Shown here: positions 10,661 to 20,378 of the stretch, piece by piece
Numbering within the stretch: the first letter of the stretch is position 1
How the letters are laid out: each line of letters opens with the position of its first letter
NCBI GenBank assembly: GCA_048940445.1
Contig: JBHLON010000006.1
Location: 31,634-95,633 of the forward strand
Source of the DNA: Promethearchaeota archaeon
GTDB taxonomy: Archaea; Asgardarchaeota; Lokiarchaeia; Sigyniarchaeales; SOKP01
Direction: 5' to 3'
DNA: 64,000 nt
Program-made: the position numbers and the translations under genes
Notes under the pieces: generated by a model
The model's input: only the letters and a program-made list of their open reading frames with translations
Database searches by the model: none
What the model was told of the DNA's origin: nothing

Positions 10661-11752
10661 TTATAATATTTTAACGTCGGTTGCTTTAAAATTAATAAAT
10701 ACAACAGAATTAATTTCTAACTCTAAATTTCTTCTCGATAAATCTGTAACTGTAATCAAGAATTTTTCAGATTTGCATTTAACAATTAAATGACAAATGT
10801 TACCAAGTTCACGGATATTTTCAATAATACCTTTGAATGTATTTCTATAACTTGTATTTTCTGTAGGTTGTTTAACAATACCTATACTTTCTGGTCGAAT
10901 GCATACCTTTACTTCACCTTCCTGTTGACTAGATGCTGCTATAATTAATTCATTGACTTTAACGAGTAATAATCCCGAAGACTCATCAAATTTTGCAATC
11001 CCATAAAAAATATTTTCATAACCCATAAAAAGAGCTGTAAATTCGTCTTTTGGTGAGGTGAATATCTCGTTTGGAGTTCCAATTTGAGTTACCTTTCCAT
11101 TATTTAAGACTGCAATACGGTCTGCATACTTTATGGCTTCAAGTGGATCATGAGTGCTCATTATGGTAGTTTTTTCCTTATCCTGCTTTATTTTCATTAT
11201 AAAATTTTCTAATAATTTAAGATTCATGGAATCTAGATTTGCCGAGACTTCATCTAATAAGTAGATTTCTGGATTAATAATAAAGTTCATCGCAATCGCT
11301 ACTCGCTGCATTTCTCCACCAGATAAAGATCTTGCATTTTTTTTTTCCATACCTTTCAATCCTATAAATTCAATAATTTCATCTACAGATTTTTTATACT
11401 CATTAGATTTAATCCCACGTATCTTAAGACCATAAGCAATATTATTAAAAACGGTTGTATTCCGTACGACAGGCTTTTGTCTAACAAATGAGAATTTTCT
11501 TCGTATTCTGATTTTCTCCTTACGTGAAATATTTGTTAAATCTTTATTATTATAATAGATTTGTCCATTTGTCGGTGATTCAAGTAAACCTATTAATCTT
11601 AATAAAGTTGTTTTACCACTTCCATTTGGGCCAATAATGACAAAAAATTCTGATTTATTAACTGAGAAGTTGATATTAGAAAGAACTTTAATTGAAGATT
11701 CTTCTTTCTTATGAAACTCTTTACTAAGATTACTAATTTCAAGTAATTTCAT
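10661..11752 (-). CDS. tupC: Tungstate ABC transporter ATPase with TOBE domain
   Basis: GPNGSGKT, LSGGE, LLDE, C-terminal TOBE; ATG 11752 preferred over 11776. Confidence 0.85.
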   Translation of the reverse strand: MKLLEISNLSKEFHKKEESSIKVLSNINFSVNKSEFFVIIGPNGSGKTTLLRLIGLLESPTNGQIYYNNKDLTNISRKEKIRIRRKFSFVRQKPVVRNTTVFNNIAYGLKIRGIKSNEYKKSVDEIIEFIGLKGMEKKNARSLSGGEMQRVAIAMNFIINPEIYLLDEVSANLDSMNLKLLENFIMKIKQDKEKTTIMSTHDPLEAIKYADRIAVLNNGKVTQIGTPNEIFTSPKDEFTALFMGYENIFYGIAKFDESSGLLLVKVNELIIAASSQQEGEVKVCIRPESIGIVKQPTENTSYRNTFKGIIENIRELGNICHLIVKCKSEKFLITVTDLSRRNLELEINSVVFINFKATDVKIL

Positions 11753-11753
11753 G

Positions 11754-12449
11754 TTAATCAGCCTTGGATTGTACACGAGTCATTCCATAATTTACAATAA
11801 AAGCTATTAAAATAAGGATAATACCCAAAGCAATTGCCATTCCAAATTCACCCATACGAGTTTGAAGTACAATGGCAGTTGTAAATGTTCTTGTTTCCCA
11901 CCGAATATTCCCTCCTACTATTATAACTGCACCTACTTCTGAGATATTTTGACCAAAAGCAACAAGAATTCCTGCAATTATGGATCTCTTTGAATGTTTT
12001 ATCAATTCCCACCATAATTGGCGTTCATTTGCCCCAAGAGAGATTACTGTTTCCTTTAAAGCTGGATCGACGGTTTCAATCGCAGCTTTTGTTGTACCCA
12101 TAACTATTGGAAGTGCTAAAAGAAATTGAACTAAAATCATAGCGGTTGTAGAATATAATAATCCTAAGGCACCAAAGGGTCCCGTTCGAGAAAGTAGTAA
12201 ATAAACTACTAGTCCCATGACTACAGGAGGGAATCCCATAAATGTATTAATCAGATTGGCTAAAGTCTTTTTTCCCTTAAATCTTCTTAAGCCAATAAAT
12301 GAACCAATTGGTAAGGCAACTAAAGTAGCAAGAAAAGTTGATGTTAAAGATACTCGAAAAGATACACCAATAATACCCCAAACTTCGGGATCAAATGTAA
12401 ATATTAAACGTAACGCATCTAATATTCCCTCAATAATTTCATTTGCCAT
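11754..12449 (-). CDS. tupB: Tungstate ABC transporter permease
   Basis: PPVVMGLVVYLLLSR.GP.G, EVGAVIIVGGNI...TR. Confidence 0.9.
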   Translation of the reverse strand: MANEIIEGILDALRLIFTFDPEVWGIIGVSFRVSLTSTFLATLVALPIGSFIGLRRFKGKKTLANLINTFMGFPPVVMGLVVYLLLSRTGPFGALGLLYSTTAMILVQFLLALPIVMGTTKAAIETVDPALKETVISLGANERQLWWELIKHSKRSIIAGILVAFGQNISEVGAVIIVGGNIRWETRTFTTAIVLQTRMGEFGMAIALGIILILIAFIVNYGMTRVQSKAD

Positions 12450-12508
12450 GATCTAGTTTAAGATTTGTATTTTTATATTTTTTAAAAAAAAATTTTAAAA
12501 ATAAAATT

Positions 12509-13546
12509 CTATACTGTTAATCCAGAGAATTCAGCTTGAAAAGGAGTCCAAATAGCTACTTCATCTTCAGTTGTAAAACAGTTTGTATAATAATCACATG
12601 ATCCAAAATCAGCATGAAATAAAATAGCGTTATTTTTTTTATATGAATTTATCAGTGCTTGTCCGTAATTTGATGTTAAGAACCCTGCAAATCTGCATGC
12701 AGATATATATTTTGTATGTGGATGCAATATTGGATTAATAGGAATAACTCCATAAGGGTTAAGTAATAAATTCTCACCAGGAACTGATTCTGCTAAAATC
12801 TTTAAAGAAGTATATGTATCGTTGAAAGAAAGCCACGTACCTCTATCAACTAAAGTATAGCCTTCATGAGCAGGATTATCATCCTCGTAAGTCATTAACA
12901 GCGTTTCTGCCATACCTTGTCCTGTTTCTGTATATTTATCAGGTTGTAAAGCCCATCTTGTCGCAGCAACAACACCAATTAATCCCCATAATTCTTTCTC
13001 TTTTGAATGTGTTCCAGAATTATCCCCTCTTGAATAAAAGGTCATATTTCCAGTGTCAATTGCATCTCTTAATTTTGTCATAACTGTTGTTATGTTATCA
13101 CCAGGTTGTAAATTGGCAGGATTAGATTCATGTCCAACAATAATAAAGTCGTTAAACATGACACATGCACGATGAATTCCATATGGAATTCCATCAACAC
13201 CAAGGCTTGCATTAACAAAATCGTCTTCTCTTGGTCTCGAATGAACGAGAATTACATCAGCGTTCCCATCTTTTCCATACTGAATAGCAGTTCCTGTACC
13301 AACTGATAACACACTAATCTGAATACCAGTTAGTTCAGTGAACTTTGGAAGTAAATAATCTAATAAACCTGAATCATAGGTTGAAGTGGTCGTTGCTAAT
13401 ACTATTTTTTCTGGATTTTGAGCATTTAGGTAGTCTATTGTGAAATAGACTCCTATTGTACCACCCACAATGATTAATACTGCTATCAACAAAGCAGTTT
13501 TATGCTCACTTAATAATTCTTTGAACGATCTTTTTGGTGATCTCAT
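12509..13546 (-). CDS. tupA: Tungstate-binding protein with N-terminal membrane anchor
   Basis: ATTTSTYDSGLL (TupA TTTS motif), GTG.A, SRGDNSGTH. Confidence 0.92.
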   Translation of the reverse strand: MRSPKRSFKELLSEHKTALLIAVLIIVGGTIGVYFTIDYLNAQNPEKIVLATTTSTYDSGLLDYLLPKFTELTGIQISVLSVGTGTAIQYGKDGNADVILVHSRPREDDFVNASLGVDGIPYGIHRACVMFNDFIIVGHESNPANLQPGDNITTVMTKLRDAIDTGNMTFYSRGDNSGTHSKEKELWGLIGVVAATRWALQPDKYTETGQGMAETLLMTYEDDNPAHEGYTLVDRGTWLSFNDTYTSLKILAESVPGENLLLNPYGVIPINPILHPHTKYISACRFAGFLTSNYGQALINSYKKNNAILFHADFGSCDYYTNCFTTEDEVAIWTPFQAEFSGLTV

Positions 13547-13603
13547 TTTTTATTTAAAATTTTTTGATTAGTTTATTAGTTCTAAATATGCTTAAAATTT
13601 AAA

Positions 13604-13627
13604 CGTTATTACCGATGGAACATAACG
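13604..13627. promoter_or_regulatory. ModE-like operator upstream of the tup/moa operon
   Basis: Perfect inverted repeat CGTTAT-N12-ATAACG, 58 bp upstream of tupA and abutting an AT-rich TATA-like box. Confidence 0.6.
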
Positions 13628-13716
13628 CTATTTCTTATCTTTTTAAATGAAATTTAATAAAAGAGAGTAAGTCTTAATATAATAATTATAAAAATGAATA
13701 TATTGAAAACCACTAG

Positions 13717-14454
13717 TTATGGCATGGTAATAATATTAGAATTTTCATCTAAATTAATGATACCTGCAACTGCAAGTTGCTTTATAGTCCTTACTGCCAT
13801 AATTGGAGGTACATCAAGCAATTTTTTTAGTTCATCAAGACTCACACTACCTTGCGTCATTATGGTTGCAAGGATATCTACTTCTGGAATTTCCTCCTCT
13901 GAATTCTCTATTAAAAACGATGTAAAGAAGTTGTTTCTTCTCAACTGAGACAATTTCTTATTCAAATCAGCCATTTTTTCTTGAGTAAAAGTTGTTTGAA
14001 GATAATTCTCTTTATTTTGATAATCTATTTTTTCTTGATCTAAAGCAGATTTTTCACCTTCCTTAGAAGTAATCTTTTGATTTAATGAATCTAATTTTAC
14101 GTTAAGTTTCTGCAGTTCTAGCTTTGGTACTTTTAGATCATAATCTAGCTTTTCTAAGGAACTATTTAATTCAGAAATTTTTAGTGTTAATTCCTCTTTT
14201 ATACTAATTAATTCATTGATCTTTTCACTTAATGATGTGCTTTTAAGATTTAATTCTGTAAGCTCAGAATTCTGTGAACGAATTACAGTCTCTAAATCTT
14301 CAATTTCTTTTTGTTCGACCTTAATTTTATTCCATGTATTACCTAGATCCTGGGTTAAGGCCTCATAGGTTTTTTGAAAAAACTGTTGATACCCCTCCAA
14401 TGAGCTCTCAAGCGATTCGATAAATCCAAATATGCTTTTTATATAGGAACTCAT
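13717..14454 (-). CDS. Coiled-coil protein with C-terminal winged helix
   Basis: About 170 aa of heptads followed by ILATIMTQGSVSLDELKKLL...IKQLAVAGII (wHTH pattern). Confidence 0.75.
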   Translation of the reverse strand: MSSYIKSIFGFIESLESSLEGYQQFFQKTYEALTQDLGNTWNKIKVEQKEIEDLETVIRSQNSELTELNLKSTSLSEKINELISIKEELTLKISELNSSLEKLDYDLKVPKLELQKLNVKLDSLNQKITSKEGEKSALDQEKIDYQNKENYLQTTFTQEKMADLNKKLSQLRRNNFFTSFLIENSEEEIPEVDILATIMTQGSVSLDELKKLLDVPPIMAVRTIKQLAVAGIINLDENSNIITMP

Positions 14455-15206
14455 TAGAAGTCAACCTCCTGTTTTAATTTTACAGTTCCAGCAACCGAAT
14501 CATATTCGATTGGACCATTTTCGCTAACCATTTTATTGAGGATCTTAATGGCTTGATCTTCTCGCATATCAATAGCAAGCAAAATGTTTTTTAATTCTAA
14601 TGCACTTCCAACTTGTAATGCTCTTAAAAATTGGTATAAGGAAGAATTAATATATTTTTTATTAATTAAAATCTTCATTGCTTGAACACGATATCCAAAA
14701 TTTTGAACCTGTCTTTCTTTCTTTAGAAATGTATCCTCTAGATTTTTCTCAATCTGTTTTAATTTACGTACAAATTGTTCCAATTCTCTTGATAAGTCAA
14801 TAATAGTATTCTCCAACTCATTCAATCGTTTTGTGCGACTATTAACTTCCTCATTTTTTATTTTGATGGCATCTTGAGTTTCTTTCAATTCCTTTTGTTT
14901 AAGCTGGATTTTATCCATTATGTCTTGACGATTTTTAGTTAATGAATTATTTGATTCCTCTAATTTAGAAAATTCTTTTTGATCTTCAGTTAATTTATTC
15001 TTATATGAATTAATTTCATCTGTATTATTATTTATTGATTTTAATATTATAGATTTCTCGCTTTCAAGTTTTTGAATTTCTTCTAATATATTTTTCGGTA
15101 AATCTTTTATTTTAGAGATATAATCTTTATTTAGGCTCTCTAAATAATCGATATTTGATAACATATTTTTTAAAGAAGTTTTAGTATCTAATAGATGGCT
15201 ACTCAT
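14454..15206 (-). CDS. Coiled-coil protein with C-terminal winged-helix-like domain
   Basis: Same architecture as its neighbour; TAATG stop/start overlap. Confidence 0.7.
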   Translation of the reverse strand: MSSHLLDTKTSLKNMLSNIDYLESLNKDYISKIKDLPKNILEEIQKLESEKSIILKSINNNTDEINSYKNKLTEDQKEFSKLEESNNSLTKNRQDIMDKIQLKQKELKETQDAIKIKNEEVNSRTKRLNELENTIIDLSRELEQFVRKLKQIEKNLEDTFLKKERQVQNFGYRVQAMKILINKKYINSSLYQFLRALQVGSALELKNILLAIDMREDQAIKILNKMVSENGPIEYDSVAGTVKLKQEVDF

Positions 15207-15312
15207 TACTTAAATCTCCATAAAGATAATAGACTTTATAATTACTTTATAGGGTACGTATTATTAAATGTGTTTTTTTGGGAGAAGTAGTTTATAAATT
15301 TATAAAAATATC

Positions 15313-16149
15313 TTAAAATTCTTTGGGAATTTCTTGGACAAAATAGCTTTTATCTAAAATCAAATTAATATTTCTTCTCTTCATAACAAGATTAAGATTT
15401 TCAATCAATTTTCCAGCAAAATAAGTATAATCAAATTGAAAATTTGTATTTATTTCATAGTAACTTTTTAAAAAGAAATTTAATAAATCAATTTTTAATT
15501 TAGGATCATCTAATTCAAAGATTCCAGGATTTGTATCAAGTAATGCACAACAAATCCATGCAATGTCATCTAAATGATCACCTCGATGTGAATCTTCAAA
15601 ATCTAATCCATATAAATTGTCTTCTTCATAATCATAAATGAAATCTCGTAATCGAGTGTCTCCTTTATTTAAAACGATAATTCCCGAATGATTAGTTTTA
15701 TCATAAATATTCCCTTTATGTAGTTGGGCTAACCAAAAAGCTAATTTATTCAAACCCTTAAAAATTTTTTCTTTAGATTCATTATCTAAATCATTTAAAC
15801 TTACAACGTGTCGTAGCTTATCGTTAATGAAATCACATAAATTTATACCGGGAACTTTTTCAAGGAACAAGTAAGGTTCTTTATGAAAAATAATTTTAGG
15901 GATCAATAAGTCTTGTTGTGCTAAAGTAATTAGAGTAGTATATTCATTTTTGAAATTATCAGTTTTAAACAATTTGATAATAAATTCTTTAGGAAAACGT
16001 TCAGTTCTGCGGTTAAAAACGATATTTAAAACAGAATTTCTTTTACTGGGTAATTTTTTTAATATAAAATGATTAAATTTGTCGACTAATTCCGGAACAT
16101 CTTCTCTTAAATCAATAATGATTCTCTTCCTTAATTCTAAAATTTCCAT
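15313..16149 (-). CDS. Protein-kinase-like fold enzyme (Bud32/RIO/APH-like)
   Basis: IIK, NEY, LEKVPG, KGDTRLRDF catalytic loop, GLDFED. Confidence 0.75.
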   Translation of the reverse strand: MEILELRKRIIIDLREDVPELVDKFNHFILKKLPSKRNSVLNIVFNRRTERFPKEFIIKLFKTDNFKNEYTTLITLAQQDLLIPKIIFHKEPYLFLEKVPGINLCDFINDKLRHVVSLNDLDNESKEKIFKGLNKLAFWLAQLHKGNIYDKTNHSGIIVLNKGDTRLRDFIYDYEEDNLYGLDFEDSHRGDHLDDIAWICCALLDTNPGIFELDDPKLKIDLLNFFLKSYYEINTNFQFDYTYFAGKLIENLNLVMKRRNINLILDKSYFVQEIPKEF

Positions 16150-16367
16150 TTCTTTTTATCTTTAACTAATTGCTTATTAAATTCTTTCTGCATAAGTGAA
16201 GCATTATGAATATGAAATTTAAATTATATTCTTAAATGAATTTCTAATACTTCTTATTTTTTACTATAATTATTGCCTAAGATTTTAAATGAAGATGTTC
16301 GGGCTAAAAATTAAAAGAGTTTTAGATTATTAGAATCATAGATAAAAACTAAGGATTAATATATTTC

Positions 16368-17261
16368 ATGATGATCGATAAACATTATTCTCTTGGAATA
16401 TTCTTTGGGACTGATCCAGATACAGAAATGCTTACTCAAAAGTTTGTTGGTAATCTTATCAATCATGAGGATTTTTGTAAAGCCTGTGAAGTCCTGGAAC
16501 AAAATGTAAAATGTGATAAATGCCGAGAATATGTAAAGAGTTATGCTAGCTCGATCTATTTCTATGAAAAAATTGGTGAAAATGTTCCTGAACTCATTGA
16601 AGAACCAGAGGATTACCTTCCAAAAAGTTTACCTCCTGTTGATTTTTTAATGGTTGTGGGAATACATCAAGATCTACTCTCTGGTCTTCCTTCTTATTTG
16701 AAAAACTCAGGAATAAAAGCAGTAATTATTCCGATAGAAGATCCAAAATGGGTACCACCTGGATTACAAGTTCAAGTGTTAGAAGAGTTTGAGAAATATG
16801 GAATCCAGGCAGCCTTTCCTAAACCATTTTGCTCCCTAAATAAAGAGCCAAATGAATATAATAAAGTTGGCTTTCATTTAACCAAAAATCATAATTTTAT
16901 TAATGAATTCATAGATTATTTTAAAATTGGTAAACCGGTCGTCTCACTTCTATTAAGTAGGGATGGAAATTCGATCGAGGATACATGTGTTATTCAGAGC
17001 GCTCCCTGTGGCAGTACTTATTATATATGTCAACAATTAAAGTCAAAATATTTTAAAGATGGAGAAAGTGGAGAAATTTCTTTGAACGAACGAATAAGTA
17101 AAGCTCACCATGCCTATCCATGTAATGCCTCAATGGATCAAGATTCTATACTTAAAGATTCTATTTTACATGTAGCGGGATATTTAGTGAGAAATGCAAT
17201 CAGGTGTGAGTTAAATCTTGAAGAACAAGAAGGTCAAAAACTTGTATATGTAATAAAGTAA
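16368..17261 (+). CDS. DUF166 family protein
   Basis: PKPFCSL, SAPCGST and HHAYPC motifs. Confidence 0.75.
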   Translation: MMIDKHYSLGIFFGTDPDTEMLTQKFVGNLINHEDFCKACEVLEQNVKCDKCREYVKSYASSIYFYEKIGENVPELIEEPEDYLPKSLPPVDFLMVVGIHQDLLSGLPSYLKNSGIKAVIIPIEDPKWVPPGLQVQVLEEFEKYGIQAAFPKPFCSLNKEPNEYNKVGFHLTKNHNFINEFIDYFKIGKPVVSLLLSRDGNSIEDTCVIQSAPCGSTYYICQQLKSKYFKDGESGEISLNERISKAHHAYPCNASMDQDSILKDSILHVAGYLVRNAIRCELNLEEQEGQKLVYVIK

Positions 17262-17315
17262 TATGTGAAATTTTTTCATGATTTTGAGTAAATTATAAAA
17301 AGGAAAAAAAAGATT

Positions 17316-17395
17316 ATATAGAATGGAGGAATATTAGTTTAGGTGTGGTTTATCGAGAAGCCAATTATCTAGACGATATCCTCCTTATTCTATAT
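17316..17395 (+). other. 80-nt extended RNA hairpin in intergenic region
   Basis: ATATAGAAT/ATTCTATAT, GGAGGA.TAT/ATATCCTCC, GTTTAGGT/ATCTAGAC, TGGTTT/AAGCCA; G-U pairs favour the + strand. Confidence 0.6.
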
Positions 17396-17509
17396 TTTTA
17401 TTTAGAGATTTCAACCTTCAACTAATAATATTCTCCATAACTATTACATTCAACCAATTTCAAAAATTTCTATTGTCTCAACAGGCCACAGATCACCGAA
17501 ATCTGGTAG

Positions 17510-17943
17510 CGCACTCATACATTTATCTGACACATATTTAATACTATTCGGTGAAACAGATGATTTAAAAAATATTAGATGAAATTAACCCTTACATTAC
17601 TCAATTAAAATGTATTGCAAAAACTCAAAAATCATTCTGGTTACTCGTTGAAACATCCATCTTGCAAGCTAAATTGAATCTAATAACTTTTGAGTTCCGA
17701 AATACTCAAAAGTTGCTTTATAAAGCTTTAGATGTTGCCAAAAGATTCAGTCTGGATCGATTAGCAAATCGGATATTATATGAACAAAATGAACTATCTA
17801 AAAATTTTATTAAATGGGAAAAACTAAAAGCTTCTGGAACAAATATGTCAGAATGTATGGATTTAGCTCTTATAGAAGAACAAATTGAAATTTTGCTCCA
17901 AAAACGTAAATATTTAAGAAGTTTAATCAGTCAATCAAAATGA
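17510..17943 (+). pseudogene. C-terminal fragment of a Lokiarchaeal TPR-type helical protein, frameshifted
   Basis: ALIHLSD...ETDDLK / LDEINPYITQL...SFWLLVET..LQAKL helical-repeat pattern; 1-nt shift in the A-run near 17567-17572; no N-terminus. Confidence 0.6.
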
Positions 17944-18142
17944 CAAGAGTATTTTAGAATGTTCGAAATATTTGGATTTTTTTAGAAAAGATACGTTTTT
18001 ACTAATAATGTTTATTAAAAATAATAGGATTTCTATAAAATTTTTAAGAAACTACATTTAGCAGTTTTTTCTTTTATAGTCCATAAATGTTAAGTTCTAA
18101 TTAAACTACTTACATACATTATATAGGTGAGAAATTATATCT

Positions 18143-20284
18143 GTGGTAGAATGCTCATCACCAGTTTGTGAAATAGAGGAAGTAGAGAAGGAATCCTTTT
18201 TTGAAAAAAATTTTTGGTATTTTATTATCCCTTCAGCAATTTTACTTGGAATTTCTATTTTCTTAGATTTTGTATTCATAAATGTAGTTATCGCCCAAAT
18301 TCTCGCTATTTCTTCAGTTTTACTCTCTAGTTTTGGAATTGTGAAGGATGCAGTCAAAGACATAAGAAAGAAGAAAATTACTGCTAATCTTTTAATGTTA
18401 ATAGCGGGAGTTGCTTCATTCTTTATTTTTCACGGTCAAGAAGGAGCTACAGCATTAATATTATATGCTATTGCAGAAAGATTAGAATTAATAACTACTG
18501 AGAAATCTAGGAATGCAATTAAGGAATTACTTGAGCTTGCTCCCGATGAAGCTCTGCTGAAAAATGATAACGATTATATAAGTGTTCCTTCAAGAGAAGT
18601 GAAAATAGGAAATATTATTGGCATAAAACCTGGAATGAAAATTCCCTTAGATGGTGTTATTACGAAAGGAGGTTCTTATTTTGATGAAAGTGCAATTACT
18701 GGTGAATCAATTCCAGTTTTTAAAAAAGAAGGAGATGAAGTATTCGCTGCTAGTTTAAATTCAGACAGTTTTATCGATATCGAGGTAACAAGGGAAAGTT
18801 CTAATACAATAGTTGCACAAATTGCCGAGAGTGTTAAAATTGCTCAACAAAATAAGAGTGACCATGAAAAATTTATTGAAAAATTTGCAAAGTATTATAC
18901 CCCTGTTATTCTTTTTTCATCCATTTTGGTTATGATCATTCCTTCTTTATTAGGATTAAATTTTTATGATTGGTTTTATCGTGGATTAGTTTTACTTGTA
19001 GTTTCATGTCCATGTGCTTTAACCTTATCAACACCATTAGCAAATATCGCCTCATTAACAAAACAAGCTCGAGAAGGCATATTAGTCAAAGGAAATAAAT
19101 TTATTGAAAAGATAGAGAATATTGAAGTATTTGCATTTGATAAAACGGGTACTCTCACTGAGGGAAAATTAAAGATTTTTGACGTTCTTTCTTATAATAG
19201 TGCTAATAAACAAGTTATTCTCACTATAGCAGCTAGTTTAGAGACTCTTTCAGAACATCCAATTGGTAAAGCAATAGTGAATCAAGCAAAAGAAATGAAT
19301 TTAGAGTTTCAGTCCGTAGATGATTTTGAAGTAATAAAAGGAAAAGGGATAAAGGGTAAAATAAATGGAGAAATCTTCTATGTAGGAAGTCAAGCGTTTA
19401 TGGAGGAATTAAAGTTTGAAATTCCCCATGATGATTTAAAAGATATTGAAACTAAAGGAACAATACCTATTCTTTTAGGAAATGAACAACATTTAATGGG
19501 GATTATTACCATTAGAGACGTGTTAAGAGTATCTGCTCCAATCCTAATTAATGGATTGAAAAAGAGAGGGTATGAAACTGTATTAATTTCGGGTGATAAT
19601 CAAAGAGTTTGCAATTCTATTGGAGCTTGTTTAAATATTGATAAAATGTATGGTGAGCATTTACCGGATCAAAAGTTAGAAGAAATTAAAAGTTTAAAAA
19701 AACAGTATAAAGGAGTAGCTATGGTTGGAGACGGAATAAATGATGCTCCAGCTTTAGCTTTAGCGGATTTAGGAATTGCAGTGGGAGGCTCAGCCACAGA
19801 TATTACTCTAGAGACTGCAGATATTATTGCTCTTGGTGATGATTTGAAAAAAATACTTACATATATAGATATAGCTAAAAAAACAAATAAAAAAATAAAA
19901 CAAAATATTTGGACCTCAATTATTGTAAAGGTTGTATTTGCAATTTTAACTGTTTTTGGCTTTATGACACTCTGGCTCGCGGTCGGAGCAGGCGACATGG
20001 GGGTGTCACTCCTAGTTTTACTTAACAGCCTGACTATTTTCAGGTATAAATTCCTTTACAAGGATGTCTCTATAAATGAGATAGAAACTGAAGCGAAGTT
20101 GATAATATGCGATAATTGCCAAACAAAGGATATAATTCCCCAACATCACGGTCGGGATATGGTGAAAAAAGGAGACAAATTAGTTTGTTGGAAAAATATA
20201 TTAAGTAGTGACGAATTAGAAACTTGTAATGAAGAACTACCCCTTCATTGTCCATATTGTAATCACAAATTAGAATTGAAATAA
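18143..20284 (+). CDS. zntA: Heavy-metal P1B-type ATPase (Zn/Cd/Pb) with C-terminal Cys/His-rich domain
   Basis: TGES, SCPCAL, DKTGT, SEHP, GDGINDAP; tail CDNC..QHHG..C..C..HCPYC. Confidence 0.92.
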   Translation: MVECSSPVCEIEEVEKESFFEKNFWYFIIPSAILLGISIFLDFVFINVVIAQILAISSVLLSSFGIVKDAVKDIRKKKITANLLMLIAGVASFFIFHGQEGATALILYAIAERLELITTEKSRNAIKELLELAPDEALLKNDNDYISVPSREVKIGNIIGIKPGMKIPLDGVITKGGSYFDESAITGESIPVFKKEGDEVFAASLNSDSFIDIEVTRESSNTIVAQIAESVKIAQQNKSDHEKFIEKFAKYYTPVILFSSILVMIIPSLLGLNFYDWFYRGLVLLVVSCPCALTLSTPLANIASLTKQAREGILVKGNKFIEKIENIEVFAFDKTGTLTEGKLKIFDVLSYNSANKQVILTIAASLETLSEHPIGKAIVNQAKEMNLEFQSVDDFEVIKGKGIKGKINGEIFYVGSQAFMEELKFEIPHDDLKDIETKGTIPILLGNEQHLMGIITIRDVLRVSAPILINGLKKRGYETVLISGDNQRVCNSIGACLNIDKMYGEHLPDQKLEEIKSLKKQYKGVAMVGDGINDAPALALADLGIAVGGSATDITLETADIIALGDDLKKILTYIDIAKKTNKKIKQNIWTSIIVKVVFAILTVFGFMTLWLAVGAGDMGVSLLVLLNSLTIFRYKFLYKDVSINEIETEAKLIICDNCQTKDIIPQHHGRDMVKKGDKLVCWKNILSSDELETCNEELPLHCPYCNHKLELK
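20159..20263 (+). repeat. Direct repeat copy 1 (3' end of the ATPase gene)
   Basis: Aligns to 21349-21452, 83/105 nt identical by manual count. Confidence 0.85.
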
Positions 20285-20378
20285 CTCCATTGTACTATAG
20301 ACTTGAAGTTTTTATCCCAAATCGTTTGAATTTGAAAATCCTAAATTTTAGATCAATTATAGAAATAAAAAAAAAGAC

